Positions 58,395 to 64,000 of a DNA stretch of 64,000 nucleotides are shown here, one piece after another. The position numbers and the translations under genes are program-made. The DNA is from Oculina patagonica. Taxonomy: Eukaryota. The notes beneath the pieces were generated by a model, which saw nothing but the letters and a program-made list of their open reading frames with translations, had not been told where the DNA came from and searched no databases. Where the stretch lies: assembly GCF_052425735.1 (NCBI RefSeq), contig NC_135769.1, forward strand, positions 17,980,001-18,044,000, read 5' to 3'. Numbering within the stretch: the first letter of the stretch is position 1; each line of letters begins with the position of its first letter.

Positions 58395-60009
58395 ATGAGT
58401 AGCAGTACATTGATAGAGGTGTTTGGTCATATCGTGTTCAGTTTTACACGAGGCGTGACAGAGCACTACAACCCAGAAGAACCTGAATTCACGGCAGAGT
58501 CTTTTGGCTACGATCCTCTACAAAGCACAGGTCGAGAATGGTATTATCTTCCTGTTGATGAGCTTATTTATCAAGAATACAGCGATAGAGAAGTCACAAA
58601 CTTGGACTACCTTGCGTCTAACAGGCTTGATGTAAGGGTTATAAACGCGTGTTCGCCAGAGGAAAACGAAGAAACACACGATGATAAACAAGATGAAGAT
58701 ATGGCAATGGCCTGGAAGCGACTCAGACCATCCGCTCTCCGTACAGTTTGTAAATCAATGTACATTGGAGCTTTAATTTCACTACTAACTGCTACCATCA
58801 TAGGTTCAGTATACATGCTGATCATCTATCTGTGTTTAAAAACTATAAGCAACTGTGAATTTTACCCAAAATCCATTCCAGAAAATGTGCAGTGGATGAG
58901 ATCAATTTCTAATGTCATCTCATGTGCTTTTATGTACTCTTGTTTCTTTACATGTACGTTACTTCTATTTCGCCCTTATCAGCTACTGGGAGTGAAAAGA
59001 AAACTGGTCCTGGCTGCTAGTCTTGTTTACTTCTTGGATACATGTTATCGTATTGCTCTGCAATTTCTGGGAATATCTTATTCTAAGATTTCTATTTACC
59101 AAAAACTCCCACTCAATGCTTTAGCTATAATGAGTATATTTTGGCAAGCCTATTTTCTAACGAACCACTTCCGTATGGGACGGACAAGGAGACAGAAGGT
59201 GACTTTGTTCTTGCAATTCACAGTTCCGTTTTGTTCTATTATAATTCTTGGCGTTTCTGCGGCCGCTATTATTTACCCAGTGTATAACGAACAAAGCAAG
59301 GAGAGCAAAATGCGCCTGGTAATCGCAGTCTTCGCTCCTCTTATGTGAGTCGTACTTAAAGTAATCTCGCGAATTTGTGTGCAGCGGTTATGGAATATTA
59401 CGCATCCGGGATATTCGTATGTCTTATTAGCGCCGTTGTATTGTGCCTCAGCGGTTATGTTTCGAGTTTTACAAGCGGATCTTGACGGTTTGCCATACAT
59501 CGCTATTCTTGGAATAATTCACGGCGTTACAGAAGTCATAGAACGAAGCGCCATGGTTGTGATCGATCACATTTGTCACGTGATTTGGAAAAGAAAATCG
59601 GCTCCTTGGGGGAGTTTTCGTACTCCTCGCCGTGAGAGACTAATGGCTGATATCGCTATCATGAGCATGTTGTCGGAATCAACTGCTATAGTGTCTGTTA
59701 ACGGATTTTTGTACTTGTATCAATTTATTTACTTACAAAACGAATCCCTCCTTAAGTTACTGCAGTCTTTCGCTATTCATACTTCAGTTCAGCTGGTGAT
59801 TGAGTGGTTTTTCACCAGCGTCATCATAGACTCGCTATCAGAATATGGCTGTCATGGCTGTTTGGCGAAGAAGATGGAAGAGACATATTTTAGTGGCAAT
59901 TGTACTTGTTGTGTCAGTAGGCATATGGACAAGTGGAAACCTTTTGGCAATGGTACACAAACGTTTTGAAAAGCCCTTAAATCAACATTGTAAAATGCCG
60001 TTTACTTAA
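58395..60009 (+). pseudogene. Family copy K: full length, with an in-frame nonsense codon (GGA->TGA, 59346-59348) and a frameshift at ~59822
   Basis: ORFs 58224-59348 and 59379-59969 tile the protein. The normal C-terminus (..NQHCKMPFT*) continues in another frame to TAA at 60007-60009. Confidence 0.9.
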
Positions 60010-60666
60010 AATCGAGAGACTGTTTGTGCATTAACTCTTTGAGAAGCTCAAGTTGTAATGCATTCGCCTTCCTTTAATTTAATTTGACCCAACCAAAAAA
60101 GTTTTCTAACGATACAAAAATACTCTATTATTGTTGTAATTGGCTGTGCATAAACTGTAAGGTTTAATCTACAAGTAATAAAGATGAGTTCATGACAGTT
60201 GGAGATCTTTCAGTGTAGTTGCCAAATGCAAGAAAGACAGTAGAATAACGACTGGGTGCCTTTATTTTGTAAATAAGAATGTTTAAATTTCAACTCTGTT
60301 TGTTGTTTTAACGCAAATCAAACAAAAATGGACGATTTTGCAACATACAGATGACAAGCAAGCAAATTTCAGATGTTCCCTTAAAGTGTCTATACAGCCT
60401 ACAGGTTTTTTGTGGTTTTCGTATCTCTATAATGCATAAACAAGTATTCCAAAAGAAATTTTTGGATTCCGCCACTTTTTCGCTGCGAAATCGAGCTTTA
60501 AAGTTCCCGCTTTGGCCACGCCCAAAGAAGTTGACCGGGAGTCGAGACAAGAAAGAATCTGGGTTCCAGGACGGGCTGTGACGTCAAGTCAGGAACCGCG
60601 AAATCTTCCCGCCAGTTGAGGTCAGCATTAGTTCTGTAATCTCGAGGAGATATTGACAGTAGAAAT

Positions 60667-61014
60667 ATGCCAGATAGATGCGTTGTCGCCGAATGCTCGA
60701 ATACTCCAAACGCAGAAAAGGGTATTGCGTTGCACAAGATTCCATATTGGGGCGATGTGAGAACGGAAGCGAAAGCTAGACGGAAAAAGTGGACGGACTT
60801 CGTCAGGTTAAAACGTGCGAAGTGGAATCCGAGTGCATCGTCCGCCGTCTGCTCTTGCCACTTCGCTCCCTGGGATTTTACGAGAAGACATTCCTTTGGA
60901 AATCTAAAATGCCAACGGTCGCTAATCAAAGATGACATTGGCATTGTTCCTGTGCCACGATTTCAACGAAATACGTTCGAAGAAGAAGAGTTGTCCAGTC
61001 GAAGTCGTCGTCAG
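60667..61014 (+). CDS. THAP zinc-finger domain exon, probably from a truncated DNA transposon (Kolobok/Harbinger/P type)
   Basis: MPDRCVVAEC...LHKIP...W...VCSCHF...F...L......VP fits the C2CH THAP signature. There is a donor CAG|GT at 61015 and a possible TTAA|AG element start at ~60381. Confidence 0.7.
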
Positions 61015-61389
61015 GTATTCATTGTTTTGATCATATGAGATACCGGCTAATTCGAAATGCAACTCTTGATTTTATGCTTTGAAAACGTTTTCTTTTATTT
61101 TTGTCTTCGTAAGTTACACTGTACTTTCTACTTTGTTTCCACGTCATCACTTAAATATGGCGACTGGTAGGTTGAAAGAATTTGTACGTTTTTATACCGT
61201 GTTTAAATAAAGTTTTCCCATTGTCTATTTTGGAAGCAAATTTTAATCGCTCGTTAATAAAACAGTGCAAATATTGATCAAGTCGAAAACAAAGACAGGT
61301 GTGTTATATCAAACCGTCGAGACTTTCCTAATCAGTCAAGCAAGGTTTTTAATTTATTCATTTCGGTTCGGTATGGGGTAATCCCTTCA

Positions 61390-61990
61390 TTAGTATTCAG
61401 GAAGTCATACTGATGGCATCATCATCTGATTGCTGATTCAGCTAATATTGCTAACTTCAACGGCAAGTTTCGAAAGCAATCAGATAATTTGCTTTCCGGA
61501 CCGAAAGTTATACCTTATCGCCTTATTCTACTAATCACTGAAATGATTTAATTCCGTTAAACCTCTAACACCCACGTCGACGACAAAGTTCGAGAAGGCA
61601 GCGTGTTCGTGTGTTTAAAGCGCTGGACTCGAAATCACGGGTTCGAATCCCGTTCTGACCGCTGGAGCGTTTCGAAAGCAGTAAGATAATTAGTATTCAG
61701 AGAAAAAAACCAAACAGGATCACCTGATTCAATTTATTACTGGCGTGACTTTTAAAACTCCACTGAGCCTCTACTAACTACGAAAACAATGTTTAGATAA
61801 TTAGTATTCAGGAAGTCTTACATGTATTATCATCACCTGATTCAACTAATCGCTAGCGTGATTTAACTTATAATTAGTTGAACCTGTACTAAATTCGACA
61901 TACAAGGTTTCGAAAGCAAAACAGATAATTAGTATTCAGGAAGTCATACATTATCACCTGATTCAACTAATCGCTGGCGTGATTTAACTA
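61390..61990 (-). repeat. Reverse-strand ~115-bp satellite units with an inserted tRNA-SINE head (~61598-61667)
   Basis: Reverse complement of the 5.8-7.1 kb units; B box GGTTCGAATCCC at 61640. Confidence 0.75.
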
Positions 61991-63224
61991 CTTGATTTAA
62001 CCTTGACTGTGCGGAAACAGAATGTTTTCCAGTTTAGCCGTAACATATTAGTTTGGAAGCAAATCTTGCGTCAGAAACGCAAATGTTTTTGAAATTGTTT
62101 AGAGACACCTGGAGACACTTCCTGAATCAAACAACTACAGCCAACTACTGGGAGTCAGCAATGAATTATGGGATTATGGGGTTCTAGTCATTTGCCAAAA
62201 GCAACACTCCATGTATACACCTACACTACACAACAAGCTAACAATTATTTCAATTTCTGCATTTTACTAAGTCACTTTTTGCGTTTTTTTAAATAACCTT
62301 CGAAGTGGAAGGAAGAAAAGCATCAACGAAAACTGTGGAAGGTAGAGGCAATGACGAGCAATGTACCTGAGAATCTCAGCCTGAATGATAAATCAGCATT
62401 GTTAATTTTAAGCTCAGTAGTGTAATGAGAAAGATGTAATCTTCATCATGTAACCAGCAAGTCACAAAAAAATGTGAGTCCTTGTCGGGAATGGAGCCCA
62501 TGACCTCCCAAACACTGAAGAGCTCTATCCAGGGTTCTATCCACTGAGCTTTGGAGAGACTTATAGTGAGTAAGGCCATTTACTAAGTTCCTATGTGACA
62601 CGCGTCCTGCATACTGCTAGGATTAGCAATTTTGATAGCTTACTGTATAATGATAAATTAGAAAGATGGTAAATAAAAAGCTTGGTAGTGAAATGTGAAA
62701 GATGTGATTTCCGGCTGAATGTTTCAAGATTCGCCATCGTGGCGTAGCTCTTTTAAAAGATTTGAGTACGTGGGAATGTTGTGGCCAAAAATCGTCATTT
62801 TCAGTGGCTCGTGTAGTACTTTCTTATTCGATTTTTTTGGACCTGGAGTGAAAACTAGTACGAATCCACGTGATGGCGATTTTGCAAACAGACCTAAACT
62901 ATTCTCACTGCATAATTAATTAGCTCATAGCAGAAGTTTTAATTATATGCTCGAATTCCTTCGTTTTGGCGCATGCTTGTTGCAGTGTTGATGCTTTGCG
63001 GTCTAAGGGTATAAATCCTGTCACTTCGTTTGAAACGTGGTCATTTTAACGGTACTCCGGCACGACGGCCAACTCAGTTTCGCGACCCACCCACCTCCCC
63101 TGGTGGCCGTTGACAGAATTGCACGTTTTATCCTCGTTGCATGCCTATATGCCTCAGCAGTCGCGAACTCTTTCCATAACTTAATCTTATGCGATGAGGT
63201 AATGAGTATGCAGTGAGGATTTTA

Positions 63225-64000
63225 TACTGTTCATTTTAAGTCTCAAAGTAGCCGTTTCTACTGGATCTGCAGTGAAAATAAGATTAAATCTACGTGGTGG
63301 TATTTTTACACAAGGGCCCAAAATCGTCATTTTCAGTGCCGGCTCATGTAGTACTTTCTTATTCGATTCTTTTGGACCTGTAGTGAAAATGAAGATGAAT
63401 CCACGTGATAGTTATTTTCAAAAATGACCCAGACTGTACATTTGAAGTCTTAAACTGGCCAATTTGGCTGGATCTGGAGTCAAAATAAGCTTTAATCTAC
63501 GTGGTGGAATTTTAACGGCGGGGCTCAAAGTGGCCATTTTCAGTGGCTCATGTAGCACTTCCTTATTCCATTCTTTTAAGACCTGGAGTGAAAATTAGTA
63601 TGAATTGACGTGATGGCGGTTTTCCAAAGAAACCCAAACTGTTCATTTCAAGTCTCAAATTGGCCGGTTCTGCTGGATCTGGAGTGAAAATAAGCTTTAA
63701 TCTACGTGGTGGTATTTTAACACAAGGGCCCAAAATCGTCATTTACAGCGGCTCATGTAGCATTTTCTTATTCGATTGTTTTGGATCTAGATTGAAATAA
63801 AAAAAAAGGATAAATCTACGTAATGTATGTTTTCCAAAAAGACCCAAACTGTAAATTTCAAGTCTCAAACTGGTCGGTTATGCTGGATCTGGAGTAAAAA
63901 TAAGCTTTAATCTACGTGGTGGTATTTCAACAGAAGGGCCAAAAATCGTCATTTTCAATTACTCGTGCAGCATTTTCTTCTTCGATTTTTTTGGACCTGG
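63225..64000 (+). repeat. ~207-bp tandem satellite (partial unit also at 62783-62900)
   Basis: CTGGATCTG.AGT.AAAATAAG..TTAATCTACGTGGTGG recurs at 63261, 63467, 63673 and 63883. Confidence 0.85.

Noticed and set aside
61598-61667. tRNA gene
   Set aside because: It has a B box, but the A box is degraded and there is no cloverleaf, so a SINE head fragment is more likely.

Overview
Eukaryotic, AT-rich animal genomic DNA. The repeat repertoire resembles that of stony corals/cnidarians, which is an inference. The window is dominated by a birth-and-death cluster of one intronless gene family that I cannot assign to a named family. It encodes ~540-aa polytopic membrane proteins with about 11 predicted TM helices by eye. 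There are 6 intact copies (3530-5152, 14718-16343, 21029-22654, 33637-35262, 41414-43039, 45304-46929, all on the minus strand), 1 copy cut by the window edge, 3 full-length disabled copies, 1 5'-deleted copy and 4-5 short relics, in both orientations. Copies show patchwork sequence exchange and swapped flanks. Between them lie many non-autonomous DNA transposons (hAT-, piggyBac-, Kolobok-, PIF/Harbinger-, Tc1/pogo-, P- and Helentron-like), LINE and tRNA-SINE fragments, a solo LTR, satellites and two 5S-rRNA-like fragments. There is also a frameshifted BTB(KCTD)-TLDc gene and a THAP-domain exon. A 500-N assembly gap is at 14084-14583. Repeat boundaries were read by eye and are approximate unless a TSD is quoted.
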